A DNA stretch of 64,000 bases from an uncultured Chloroflexia bacterium (GCA_963712745.1 CAVQJC010000020.1:96001-160000), one strand, 5' to 3'. Positions 20,512-30,249 are shown, counted from the stretch's first letter. Program-made: numbers and translations. The notes: generated by a model not told the origin, from the letters alone.

Positions 20512-21291
20512 CTAACCGATGGCCAGTGCGTGAGCCACCCCGATGGGCACGGCCGCGCGATGGCGCTGATAGGCCAGGCAGGCGACGAGTCCCACACCCG
20601 ATTGGAAGATGACCGCATTCGCCGCCGCCGCCAGCAGGTCACCCTCGTTGGACTCGACCAGCAGCGGTACATGAACGGCGGCGAACACGAGTGCGGCCAG
20701 GACCGCGGCCAGCGCCGGCCGCCGGCTCAGGGCCTCGAGCGGTGCGTACAGTCCAAGCAGGTACAACGACTGCTGGCCGACCCCGCTGGGCAGCGCCAGC
20801 ACGGCACCCACCAGGTACGGCGGCCCGCCCGCGATCAGCCGTGGCAGGCCGATGAGGAGCAGCAGCGGAACGAAGGGCCGAGGGTCGCGCGTGAGGCGCG
20901 CGACCAGGCCTTCGAACCCGCCGGCCCGCCAGGCAGCCCACAGCCATCCGCCGAGCGCGCATGCGACGAGCACGAAGCCGATCTCCGCGTCCAGGCCGAA
21001 GCCCAACAGCGTCATCCCCAGAGCACCCAGGAGCGCGAAGGCGGCGCGCGGTCCGGCGGCGGGGACTCGGTCTGGCTGGGGATGTGCCAGGCGGTGGCGA
21101 CCGGCCCACCAGGCTACGAAGGCGAGTACCAGCAAACCCAGCCAGATGAGCAGCACCATCGAGAGCGTAGGGGTGCCGCGCCGCCACACGAAGACGGCTC
21201 CGGCCACCAACTGCAGCAGCAGGTAGAGGCGGATGGGCCACGATTCCCACGCTCGTGCAGCATCGGCGAGGAGCGCGCGGTCCAGTCGCAT
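20512..21291 (-). CDS. CPBP (Abi/CAAX) family intramembrane protease-like protein
   Basis: Multi-TM; FAAVH and IGVAHA motifs. The usual EE motif reads QQ (GQQSLY). Confidence 0.65.
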   Translation of the reverse strand: MRLDRALLADAARAWESWPIRLYLLLQLVAGAVFVWRRGTPTLSMVLLIWLGLLVLAFVAWWAGRHRLAHPQPDRVPAAGPRAAFALLGALGMTLLGFGLDAEIGFVLVACALGGWLWAAWRAGGFEGLVARLTRDPRPFVPLLLLIGLPRLIAGGPPYLVGAVLALPSGVGQQSLYLLGLYAPLEALSRRPALAAVLAALVFAAVHVPLLVESNEGDLLAAAANAVIFQSGVGLVACLAYQRHRAAVPIGVAHALAIG

Positions 21292-21358
21292 CGGGCGGAG
21301 TCTACGCCTGCGGACCGGCGGTGCTGCCCATATGCTGGGCTGCCCATATGCTGTAGCG

Positions 21359-22213
21359 GTGACGCTCTACCGATTGCTCGACCACCCGGCGCTCGACGAC
21401 CCGCTCATGATCGTCGCCTTCGACGCCTGGGTCGATGCCGGCTCCGCCGCAACCTCCGCCGCCGCCATGCTGGCCGAGGACGGCCAGGTCGTGGCCGACA
21501 TCGACGCCGACGGCCTGTATGACTACCGTGCGCGGCGCCCCACGCTCCATATAGATGACGGACGACTGCGCGCAGCTGACTGGCCACAGCTGACCATCAG
21601 GCACAAGCGCTATGCCGGTCGCGATGTGCTGGTGCTGGCCGGGCCCGAGCCCGACTACCGATGGCAGGAGCTCTCGCGGGAGCTGGTGCGGCTGGCCCAT
21701 GAGCTGTCCGTCAGCGAGTGGATGACTCTGGGCTCGATCCCGGCCGCGGTGCCCCATACGCGACCGGTCACCATCCTGGGCGTCTCCTCGATGGACGGTC
21801 TGCTGCGGGGTGGCGTCGAGGCGGGCCCGATCGGCTCGATGCAGGTGCCGTCAGCGGCCGTCTCGGTCATCGACCTCGCCGTGGCGGAAGCCGGCATCCC
21901 TACGCTCGGCTACTTCGCGCAGGTCCCCCACTACGTCAGCGGCGATTACCCGGCTGCCGCAGTGGCCCTGGTCCGCGCGGTGGAGCATCACCTCGGGGAC
22001 ACGGTCCCGACATCGGTACTCGAGCTCGCGGCGACCACGATGGCCGCCAAGCTGGACACCGCCGCGGCCTCCGACGACTCCACCAGCTCCTACGTGGCAC
22101 GCCTGGAGGAGATGTCCGACGAAGCTCGGCTGCCATCGGGCGACGAGCTGATCGGAGAGATCGAGCGGTTCCTGCGCGATAACGACCCCGGCGACGGCGA
22201 CCTGCCGCGCTGA
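21359..22213 (+). CDS. PAC2 family protein
   Basis: AFDAWVDAG, YDYRARRP, GPEPDYRW, VPHTRP, QVPHY; TATGCT-N6-GTG. Confidence 0.88.
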   Translation: MTLYRLLDHPALDDPLMIVAFDAWVDAGSAATSAAAMLAEDGQVVADIDADGLYDYRARRPTLHIDDGRLRAADWPQLTIRHKRYAGRDVLVLAGPEPDYRWQELSRELVRLAHELSVSEWMTLGSIPAAVPHTRPVTILGVSSMDGLLRGGVEAGPIGSMQVPSAAVSVIDLAVAEAGIPTLGYFAQVPHYVSGDYPAAAVALVRAVEHHLGDTVPTSVLELAATTMAAKLDTAAASDDSTSSYVARLEEMSDEARLPSGDELIGEIERFLRDNDPGDGDLPR

Positions 22214-22397
22214 CCGACCGCCATCCCGGGCCGTAGCCGCTACCCTCGCCCGATGCGGCTCTCGTGACGCCGGCTCAACCGCGCCACGCCATCGTTCATC
22301 GCCGAGCGGGAACCCCGAGGTCTACCGCCGGTACCGCCATACCCGCCGGCGCGACTGACCCGCTCGGAACCCGCTCGCGTCGGTAGACTCGGGCTCC

Positions 22398-23705
22398 GTG
22401 GAGTCCCAGCCTAGCCCCGAGATCGCGTTCGGCCTCATCGCCCTGGCCGTCGCCGCATATGCCCTGGTCGCGGCGCGCCTCGCCAAGTCGTCGGTCTCGG
22501 CCGCCTTTTCCTTCCTCGTCATCGGCACGCTCATCGGGGGCGCCGGCCTGGGTGTCCTGGCCACCGACCTGCCGGACGCGGACACCCTCGGCCAGCTCGC
22601 GGAGCTGACGCTGGCGCTGGTCCTCTTCAGTGCGGCGTCGACCGTGCGGCTCAAGCGGCTCGAGGTCGACTCGGTCATCGTGTTCAGGCTGCTGGCCATC
22701 GGGTTGCCGCTGACCATCACCTTCGGCACGCTCCTTGCCCTGGGCCTGTTCCCCGGCGTCTCGATCGGCCTGGCCCTGCTCATCGCTACCGTGCTCGCGC
22801 CCACCGATGCCGATCTCGGCCAGCAGGTCATCACCGACACCTCCGTGCCGGCACGGATCCGCCGTGTGCTCAACGTCGAGAGCGGGCTGAACGACGGCAT
22901 CGCGGCGCCGGTGGTGACCATCGCCATCGCCCTGGCCACCGTCGGCGACGTCAGCGGCATGAACCCCGTCCTCGATGCAGTGCTGGAGCTGGGAACGGCG
23001 ATCGTCGTGGGCGTGGTCATCGGCGGGGCCGGCCGCTGGCTGCTCGTCCGGGCCGACCAGCGCAAGACGGCTACCCCCAGCTCGCGCCAGCTGGCCACCC
23101 TGGCCCTGGCCGTGGCTGCATACGCCGTCGCCACCGGGCTCGACGGCAGCGGCTTCATCGCAGCCTTCGCCGCGGGCCTCGCCTTCGGCAGGGGGCAGAA
23201 GGAACGGGTGGAGTCTGCGGTGGCCTTCACCGAGGCGCAGTCCTTGCTGCTCTCGATCATCGTATGGCTGGTCTTCGGCCTGATCATCGTGGGGGACCAT
23301 GTGCTCGACATGACCGACCCGGCGGTGGTGCTCTATGCCGTGCTCGCGCTGACCGCTCTGCGCATGATCCCGGTGGGCCTGGCCCTGCTCGGCACCGGCT
23401 TCGCCCGCAGGACGGTCGCATTCATGGGCTGGTTCGGTCCCCGCGGCCTGGCCTCGATCGTGTTCGCCCTGCTGGGCCTCGAAGCCCTCGAGCAGGCGGG
23501 CGTGCCGACCGACCCCCTGGGGCCGGTGGTGGCCTGGACGGTGATCCTCTCGGTCATCTTCCACGGCTTCAGCGCGTCTCCCCTGGCGGCTCGTTATGGC
23601 CGCTTCGCGGCCGGCCTGCCCGAGGATGCGCCCGAACACGTCGGCGAGGGCGAACCGCGCCGGGCAGCCTGGCGGTTCCACGACCACCACGACCCGCGGA
23701 CCTGA
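22398..23705 (+). CDS. Cation:proton antiporter (CPA1/NhaP-like)
   Basis: LAPTDA, ESGLNDG, GWFGPRGLASI; about 12 TM helices. Confidence 0.92.
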   Translation: MESQPSPEIAFGLIALAVAAYALVAARLAKSSVSAAFSFLVIGTLIGGAGLGVLATDLPDADTLGQLAELTLALVLFSAASTVRLKRLEVDSVIVFRLLAIGLPLTITFGTLLALGLFPGVSIGLALLIATVLAPTDADLGQQVITDTSVPARIRRVLNVESGLNDGIAAPVVTIAIALATVGDVSGMNPVLDAVLELGTAIVVGVVIGGAGRWLLVRADQRKTATPSSRQLATLALAVAAYAVATGLDGSGFIAAFAAGLAFGRGQKERVESAVAFTEAQSLLLSIIVWLVFGLIIVGDHVLDMTDPAVVLYAVLALTALRMIPVGLALLGTGFARRTVAFMGWFGPRGLASIVFALLGLEALEQAGVPTDPLGPVVAWTVILSVIFHGFSASPLAARYGRFAAGLPEDAPEHVGEGEPRRAAWRFHDHHDPRT

Positions 23706-23745
23706 GCATCTGACGAACGGGCCGAGCACGACTATCCTCGGCCCC

Positions 23746-24330
23746 ATGAAACGAACTCGCTCTGCGGCTACGCCGCTCCTCGTGCTGCTCATGCTCCTCT
23801 CGCTCGGCGCCGCGGCCCATGCACAGGTGGCCACGCTGCGGACGCCCGACCCGCAAGCTGCCGCCAGCGAAGCCCCGGCTGACGAGGTCGACGGCGAGGA
23901 GGCCATCCTCGGGTTCGTGGCCTGCCTGCGCGACAACGGGCTGGACCTGCCCGATCCACAGTTCGGTCCCGAAGGAGTGCGTTTCGCCGATCCATCGGTG
24001 ATGGCCAGCATCGACTTCCGAAGCCCCGAGTTCCTCGACGCCATGGAGGCCTGCGGGGACCTGCTTGCGGCACTGCAGCCCGAGATCGACCCGGCCCAGC
24101 AGGCGGAGCAGACCGAGCAGCTGCTCTCGTTCGCGGAGTGCATGCGGGGCGAGGGCATCGACTTCCCCGACCCTGACCCGGTGCGTGGGCTCACCATCAG
24201 CTCCATGCGTGGACCCGACGGCGAGCTCGTCGTCGACCCGTTCTCGCCCGAATTCCAGCGAGCCTCGACGGCCTGCGCGGCGGAGCTCGACCTGGAGATT
24301 CCCGGCGCTCCTGGCGCCGACGCGTCCTGA
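23746..24330 (+). CDS. Secreted Cys-repeat protein, paralog 1
   Basis: Signal peptide AHA|QVATL; two repeats, ACLRDNGLDLPDP and ECMRGEGIDFPDP, each closed by a further Cys. Confidence 0.82.
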   Translation: MKRTRSAATPLLVLLMLLSLGAAAHAQVATLRTPDPQAAASEAPADEVDGEEAILGFVACLRDNGLDLPDPQFGPEGVRFADPSVMASIDFRSPEFLDAMEACGDLLAALQPEIDPAQQAEQTEQLLSFAECMRGEGIDFPDPDPVRGLTISSMRGPDGELVVDPFSPEFQRASTACAAELDLEIPGAPGADAS

Positions 24331-24344
24331 CCCGGGCCCGGCCA

Positions 24345-24360
24345 TTACACCAGCCTTACA
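24345..24360 (+). promoter_or_regulatory. Possible OmpR-family direct-repeat site
   Basis: TTACA-N6-TTACA (11-bp period), AT-rich in a GC-rich intergenic region upstream of paralog 2. Confidence 0.4.
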
Positions 24361-24438
24361 GGGAGCCGTCGCGAGACTGACCACCGGCGCTCACGCTACG
24401 TGACCGAAGAGCACGCATACCCGCGTCACGGAGGTCCC

Positions 24439-25029
24439 ATGAGACTCATCGTTCCGCACACCGGCATCGCCTCTCTGGCAGGCGCGACACTCCTCACCGT
24501 CTCGGCCTGGAGTGGCGCCATAGCGCAGGTCGCCACCCTGGCCGAGCCTGGCACCGAGGCTGAAGCCACGCCGCCCGCCATCGCCCAGGAAGTCGATGCT
24601 GAGGAGGCCCTGCTCGAGTTCGCGGCCTGCATGCGCGAGAACGGCGTGGACATGGACGACCCCGGGTTCGGCGTGGACGGCGGCCGTTTGGGCTTTGGCC
24701 GTGGAGATGGAGAGACGACGTTCGATCAGCAAAGCAGCGAGTTCGTGTCGGCCATGGAGGCCTGTGGCGACATGCTCGAGTCGCTGCGTCCCGAGCTCGA
24801 CCCGGCGGAGCAGGCGGAGCGCGCCGAGCAGCGACTCGAGATGGCGCGATGCCTGCGCGAATCGGGCTGGGACGTGGCCGACCCTGATCCCGACCAGGGC
24901 GCGGGTGGGCCGCTGCGTGGCGGCGGCCTTGACGTCAGCGACCCCCGGTTGCGTGAGGACGTCAGCGCCTGCCAGGCCGACCTGGGCATCGAACTCCCCG
25001 CTGGGCCCGGTGGTGCCCCGCCCGCTTGA
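24439..25029 (+). CDS. Secreted Cys-repeat protein, paralog 2
   Basis: GGAGG RBS; AIA|QVATL; ACMRENGVDMDDP and RCLRESGWDVADP. Confidence 0.82.
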   Translation: MRLIVPHTGIASLAGATLLTVSAWSGAIAQVATLAEPGTEAEATPPAIAQEVDAEEALLEFAACMRENGVDMDDPGFGVDGGRLGFGRGDGETTFDQQSSEFVSAMEACGDMLESLRPELDPAEQAERAEQRLEMARCLRESGWDVADPDPDQGAGGPLRGGGLDVSDPRLREDVSACQADLGIELPAGPGGAPPA

Positions 25030-25078
25030 CCCACTCCCGGCGATATCCCAGCGTGTGCTGTACCAAGGAGACTGACGC

Positions 25079-25714
25079 ATGAACCTCATCCCCAGATCCG
25101 TGCTCACCGCGACCCCCGTCGCAGCCGTGCTCACGCTGGCCGTCGCCGTCGGCGCCAGCGCCCAAGTGGCCTCGCTCGCGGGTCCCGACGAGACGCCTGT
25201 GCCTGAGGCAGAGACCTCAGAGACTGTCCTTGAGTTCGAGGATCGCGAAGAGGCCCTACTGGCCTACGCGCAGTGCATGCGTGACAACGGAGTCGAAATG
25301 GACGACCCGGATACGGGCGCCGGAGGCGGGCGCTTCCTGCGCCTGGGCGGCGGCGACGGGCGGCGCCAGATCGATCGCTTCGGCGAGGGATTCCTGGTGG
25401 CCCAGGCAGCCTGTGGCTCGATCCTCGAGGCGGCCCGCCCGGAGGTCGATCCCGCGGCCGAGCAGGAACGCCTCGAGGAGCAGTTGCTGCTGGCCCAGTG
25501 CATCCGCGACGCTGGCTACCCCGAGTACCCTGACCCCACCATCGGCGAGGACGGACGGCTCCAGCGCAGCGGCGGTCGGAGCATGAACGAACTCGGTATC
25601 GACCCCCGCTCGGAGGAGTTCCGTGGCCTGATGCAGACATGCCGCGATGAGATCGGACTGGAGCAACCGCCCGGTGGCCCCGGCGGCTTCGGCGGCGGCC
25701 GAGGAGGCGGCTGA
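25079..25714 (+). CDS. Secreted Cys-repeat protein, paralog 3
   Basis: AAGGAG RBS; ASA|QVASL; QCMRDNGVEMDDP and QCIRDAGYPEYPDP. Confidence 0.85.
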   Translation: MNLIPRSVLTATPVAAVLTLAVAVGASAQVASLAGPDETPVPEAETSETVLEFEDREEALLAYAQCMRDNGVEMDDPDTGAGGGRFLRLGGGDGRRQIDRFGEGFLVAQAACGSILEAARPEVDPAAEQERLEEQLLLAQCIRDAGYPEYPDPTIGEDGRLQRSGGRSMNELGIDPRSEEFRGLMQTCRDEIGLEQPPGGPGGFGGGRGGG

Positions 25715-26775
25715 TGATGAGGCTTCTGGCATTCGCAACGCTCGTCGTCCTGGTGGTTGGAGCGGTCTTCGTCGGCGCCAACCTGCCCGTGCTGACCTCC
25801 GAAGACCAGGCTACCGCGGCCACCCCCATCGTGCCCGTCTCCACGGCCACCATCACGCAACGCACGATGGAATCGACCGAGGAGTTCGACGGCACGCTTG
25901 GCTACGCGGGCGAGGGAGTCATCCTCTCGGGCATGAACGGGACCTTCACCAAGCTCCCCGAGGCGGGCGACATCATCGAACTTGGCGACAAGGTCTACGA
26001 AGTCGACGGCACCAAGGCGTCCTACCTGATGTACGGCAGCCGGCCGGCCTATCGCCCGCTCAACACCGACAGCGACAACGGGCCTGACGTCAAACAGCTC
26101 GAGGCCAGCCTCAAGGAGCTGGGCTATCTGGGCAAGAACGTCAACCCGCGCTGGAACTTCCGTGCCCGCACCGAGTCGGCCGTCAAGAAGTGGCAGAAGA
26201 AGACGAGCCAGGAGAAGGACGGGCGCGTGGAGATGGGCGAAGTCACGTTCATGCCCGATGACGTCCGCATCACCGAGGTCATCCCGGAGCTGGGCTCGCG
26301 CGCGCAGGTCGGCCAACCGGTGGCCTACACCAGCGGCACCGACCTGGTCGTGAGCCTTGACCTCGAGGCCGACCGACGCGACATCCTCAAGGCTGGTGAC
26401 GCGCTCACCGTCGAGCTCCCGGACGGCATCCAGGCCGCCGGAACGGTCAGCCAGATCTCGAGCGTGGCCCAGACGTTGCAGGGCGCCAGCGAGCCAACGG
26501 TCGAGGTGACCATCGAGCTCGAGGACACCGCCGTGGTCGGCGACCTCGACGGCGCCGAGGTGACGGTCAGCATCGTGCGGGAGACGCGCCCGGACGTGCT
26601 CACGGTCCCGGTCGACGCGCTGCTCGCGCTACGCGAGGGTGGCTACGCCCTGGAGATGGTGGCCGACGACGGCAGCACCTACCTGGTAGCCGCTGACGTT
26701 GGGCTCTTCGATGACGCAGGGGTCGAGGTCAGCGGCAGCTTCGGCGCGGGCGACACGGTCGTGGTGCCGGCATGA
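25714..26775 (+). CDS. Efflux periplasmic adaptor with peptidoglycan-binding domain
   Basis: N-terminal TM; GPDVKQLEASLKELGY...TESAVKKWQ PG-binding domain; VLTVPVDAL, VEVSG...GDTVVVP. Confidence 0.88.
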   Translation: MMRLLAFATLVVLVVGAVFVGANLPVLTSEDQATAATPIVPVSTATITQRTMESTEEFDGTLGYAGEGVILSGMNGTFTKLPEAGDIIELGDKVYEVDGTKASYLMYGSRPAYRPLNTDSDNGPDVKQLEASLKELGYLGKNVNPRWNFRARTESAVKKWQKKTSQEKDGRVEMGEVTFMPDDVRITEVIPELGSRAQVGQPVAYTSGTDLVVSLDLEADRRDILKAGDALTVELPDGIQAAGTVSQISSVAQTLQGASEPTVEVTIELEDTAVVGDLDGAEVTVSIVRETRPDVLTVPVDALLALREGGYALEMVADDGSTYLVAADVGLFDDAGVEVSGSFGAGDTVVVPA

Positions 26776-27836
26776 CGGACGCTCAGCGCCCTGCGCCCGG
26801 GCCGGGTAGCCCGTTGCCGGCCCGGCCCGGCAACGACTTCGGCAGCGAGTGGCTGACCGACAACGTGGAGACGCCCGCCGTCGAGGTTCCCTCGGTCCGC
26901 CGGCCCGGCGCGATGCCCCAGCCGCCCTCGAGGCCGGCCGCGCCGGCACGACCGCCGGGACCCCCAGGTCCTCCCATCTTCGCCCCGCTGCCTGCTCGGC
27001 CTCGATCCGCTCCACGGCCAGCATTCATGATGGGACCGGCTTCCCAAGGACCACGACCAGCGCCACCGCCCATGCCCCAGCGACCTCCGATGGCCCAGGT
27101 CACGGTGACACCGGCTCCGACCGCTCCGCGACCGCCTCTGGGCCCGGTCGTGCTGGACCTGCAGGACGCCGTCCGCACCTACCCTGGTGATCCGCCCGTC
27201 GAGGCGCTGCGTGGCGTGAACCTGCGTGTTCGCCAGGGCGAGCTGGTGGCCATCGTGGGTCCGTCAGGGTCGGGCAAGTCGACCCTGCTCCACGTGCTGG
27301 GCACACTGGACAAGCCCACCAGCGGGATCGTGAAGGTCGCCGGCTTCGACATCGGCAAGCTGTCGGACAAGGACCTCTCGGGCCTGCGCAGCCAGCACGT
27401 CGGCTTCATCTTCCAGCAGTTCTTCCTGCTCGAGGGCATGACCGCCCAGGACAACGTGGGCAACGGCCTGCTCTACCGCGGTGTGAGCCCGGCGGAGCGA
27501 CGCAAGCTGGCGGGCGAAGCGCTCGAGCGAGTGGGCCTCACGCATCGCGCCGGCCATCGCCCGAGCAAGCTCTCCGGCGGTGAGCGCCAGCGCGTGGCCA
27601 TCGCCAGGGCCATCGTGGGCCGGCCCAGCGTGGTCCTCGCCGACGAGCCCACCGGCAACCTCGACAGCAAGACCGGCAAGGTCATCCTCGACCTGCTCGA
27701 CGAACTCAACCGCCGCGACGGCACGACCATCGTGGTCATCACCCACGACCATTCGGTCGCGACACGCATGCCGCGCCAGCTCGAGATCCTCGATGGACGC
27801 ATGGTCCGCGACAGCGCCATGCGGGTGGCTGCATGA
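26772..27836 (+). CDS. ABC transporter ATP-binding protein (MacB/LolD type) with Pro-rich N-terminal extension
   Basis: GPSGSGKST, LSGGERQRVAIAR, LADEPTGNLD; ATG overlaps the upstream stop. Confidence 0.92.
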   Translation: MTDAQRPAPGPGSPLPARPGNDFGSEWLTDNVETPAVEVPSVRRPGAMPQPPSRPAAPARPPGPPGPPIFAPLPARPRSAPRPAFMMGPASQGPRPAPPPMPQRPPMAQVTVTPAPTAPRPPLGPVVLDLQDAVRTYPGDPPVEALRGVNLRVRQGELVAIVGPSGSGKSTLLHVLGTLDKPTSGIVKVAGFDIGKLSDKDLSGLRSQHVGFIFQQFFLLEGMTAQDNVGNGLLYRGVSPAERRKLAGEALERVGLTHRAGHRPSKLSGGERQRVAIARAIVGRPSVVLADEPTGNLDSKTGKVILDLLDELNRRDGTTIVVITHDHSVATRMPRQLEILDGRMVRDSAMRVAA

Positions 27837-29086
27837 GCACCGTGGCCAAGCCCATCGAGGGCAAGGCACCGCCGCCCGTGGCGCAGACCAGGCCGAAGAA
27901 GCCCGACTCCAGCAAGCTCCACCCCACCGACCTGGTCAGTCTCGGGGCCATCGGCCTGCGGGCCAGCCGCGTCCGGGCCGCGCTGACCATGATCGGCATC
28001 GCCATCGGTATCGCGGCCATGGTCGGCGTACTCGTCATCAGCGAGTCCAGTCGCTCCGACCTGCTCTCGCAGCTGGACCGCCTGGGCACGAACATGCTGC
28101 GCGTCACGGCCGGCCAGACGCTGTTCGGTGGCGAGGCTGAGCTGGCTCCGGAAGCACGCGCGATGATCCAACGCGTGGGCCCGGTCGAGGGCGCCTCGAG
28201 CGTGGCCACGGTCGAGGCCACGGTGCGCCGCACCGACTACATCGACGAGGGCCGCACCGGCGGCATCAGCGTGACGGCCGCGGACCTCGATCTGCTCGAC
28301 ACGCTGCGTGCCGAGATCGCGGCTGGCGTTTGGCTGGACGAGGCCTCATCGACCCTGCCCACGACCGTGCTCGGGAACACCGCCGCGCGTCGCCTGGGCA
28401 TCGACGAGACCGGCGTGCGCGTGTGGATGGACGATCGCTGGTTCACGGTCATCGGCATCCTCGCTCCGGTCGAGCTCGCGTCAGAACTCGATTCGTCCGC
28501 GTTCGTGGGCATCCCCCTCGCCGAGGACCTCTATGAACACGACGGCAGCCCCTCCACCATCTACGTGCGCAGCGACGTCGACTACATCGAGGACGTCCGC
28601 GCGGTCATGGGCCGTACCGCCAATCCGGAGGATCCCAGCGAGGTCGAGGTCACCCGGCCCTCTGACGTGCTCGAGGCCAAGGCTGCTGCCGCGGTCGCCT
28701 TCACCGACCTGTTCCTCGGCCTTGGCGCCGTGGCTCTTATCGTGGGTGGCTTCGGTATCGCCAACGTCATGCTCATGTCGGTCATGGAGCGCCGCGGCGA
28801 GATCGGCCTGCGTCGTGCCCTCGGCGCGACGCGGCGCCACATCGCCCTGCAGTTCGTGAGCGAAGCGCTGGCATTGGCGGTCGTGGGTGGCGTGCTGGGC
28901 GTCCTGCTCGGCGCCGGCCTGGCGGTGACCTACGCGTTGTCGCAGGAGTGGATGCCCATCATCCCGGCCGTGGCCGTGGTCGGTGGCATCGCGGCGGCCG
29001 TGGCTATCGGTGCCGTGGCCGGCTTCTACCCGGCCATGCGGGCGGCTCGGCTATCGCCGACCGATGCGCTACGCGGAGCCGAATGA
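27833..29086 (+). CDS. ABC transporter permease (MacB/FtsX type)
   Basis: RAALTMIGIAIG, GIANVMLMSVMERRGEIGLRRALGA, YPAMRAARLSP. Confidence 0.93.
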   Translation: MSTVAKPIEGKAPPPVAQTRPKKPDSSKLHPTDLVSLGAIGLRASRVRAALTMIGIAIGIAAMVGVLVISESSRSDLLSQLDRLGTNMLRVTAGQTLFGGEAELAPEARAMIQRVGPVEGASSVATVEATVRRTDYIDEGRTGGISVTAADLDLLDTLRAEIAAGVWLDEASSTLPTTVLGNTAARRLGIDETGVRVWMDDRWFTVIGILAPVELASELDSSAFVGIPLAEDLYEHDGSPSTIYVRSDVDYIEDVRAVMGRTANPEDPSEVEVTRPSDVLEAKAAAAVAFTDLFLGLGAVALIVGGFGIANVMLMSVMERRGEIGLRRALGATRRHIALQFVSEALALAVVGGVLGVLLGAGLAVTYALSQEWMPIIPAVAVVGGIAAAVAIGAVAGFYPAMRAARLSPTDALRGAE

Positions 29087-29185
29087 GCCGACCCTGAACG
29101 AGCCAGCCACGTCTCGTTCGCACAGCAGGCCGCGCACGTGGCACGCCACCGTCAGGCGGTCAGCGCCGGACGCGCCGGAGCCACC

Positions 29186-29848
29186 TCAGTCACGGACGCG
29201 GACGAGCGAGATCCCGTCACGCACCGTGAGCATCACGGTATCGACCCGCGGGTCGGCCGCCGCCCTGTCGTTGAAGGCGCGCATGCCGCTGATACTGGGG
29301 TCGGGCGACTCGGCGTCCAGGATCCGCCCATGGCGCAGCACGTTGTCGGCCACGATCAGCCCGCCGCGGCGCATCAGCGGCAGGATGCGGTCGTAATAGT
29401 CGGGATAGGCGGACTTGTCAGCGTCGATGAAGGCCATGTCATAGGGGCCCTTCAGGCGGTCGAGTGCATCGAGCGCGATGCCGGTGTGGATGGTGATGCG
29501 GGCGCCCTCCCCGGCGGCCTCGATGTGCTCGGCCGCCTTGGCTGCGTGCTCTGGGCTGAGTTCGAGCGTGTCGATGTGTCCATCGGGGGGCAGGGCCTCA
29601 GCCAGGGCCAGCGCGGAGTACCCACTGAAGGTGCCGACCTCGAGGATGCGCCGGGCGCCCAGCAGGCCAGCCAGCATCTTCAACAGCTGGCCCTCCGACG
29701 AGTCGATCATCATGGCCCCGGCCGCCTCGCTCCAGGCGCGCGTGGAGGCAGCGACCGCGTCAAGCCGCTGGGATGAGGGAGTCGAGTGCCGCGCCGCGTA
29801 GGCGTTCAGTTCCTGGTCGACGATGGGGCGCGGCGAGCGGCCGCTCAC
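29186..29848 (-). CDS. O-methyltransferase (COMT/CCoAOMT family)
   Basis: LEVGTFSGYS, FIDADK, ADNVL; GTG start overlaps the upstream stop. Confidence 0.92.
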   Translation of the reverse strand: MSGRSPRPIVDQELNAYAARHSTPSSQRLDAVAASTRAWSEAAGAMMIDSSEGQLLKMLAGLLGARRILEVGTFSGYSALALAEALPPDGHIDTLELSPEHAAKAAEHIEAAGEGARITIHTGIALDALDRLKGPYDMAFIDADKSAYPDYYDRILPLMRRGGLIVADNVLRHGRILDAESPDPSISGMRAFNDRAAADPRVDTVMLTVRDGISLVRVRD

Positions 29849-30249
29849 GAGGCGCGCAGTCTGGTCGGCTGGATGTGGATGCGTACGGGATAGTCGGCAG
29901 AGAATGTCAGGGGCGTCATGCCCAGGTCTGACATGGGCACTTCGTACTTGGCCGCGTAGCGCGCGTCCTCCAAGGCCGGTCTGCCGTCCTCGACGATCTC
30001 GGCAAGGCCCTCGATGATCACCACCTCGCCACCCGACGGCGTGCTGTTGAGGTTGAGGCAGACGCGCGGATTGGCCGCGATGTTGCGCGTGCGTGGCGTG
30101 CGCGCCAGCGAGTAGACCACGATGACCTCGTCCTGTACCAGGAACCACACCGGCGAGGTCTGGGGCTGACCGGCGGCATCGACCGTGGTCATCCAGGCAA
30201 CGAGCTCGCCGTCCAATCGCTCCTGGATGTCGGGACGTTCCTCGAACAT
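29845..30249 (-). CDS. PPOX-class putative F420-dependent oxidoreductase
   Basis: AWMTTV, GQPQTSPVWF, RNIAANPRV; TATGCT-N6-ATG. Confidence 0.85.
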   Translation of the reverse strand: MFEERPDIQERLDGELVAWMTTVDAAGQPQTSPVWFLVQDEVIVVYSLARTPRTRNIAANPRVCLNLNSTPSGGEVVIIEGLAEIVEDGRPALEDARYAAKYEVPMSDLGMTPLTFSADYPVRIHIQPTRLRAS

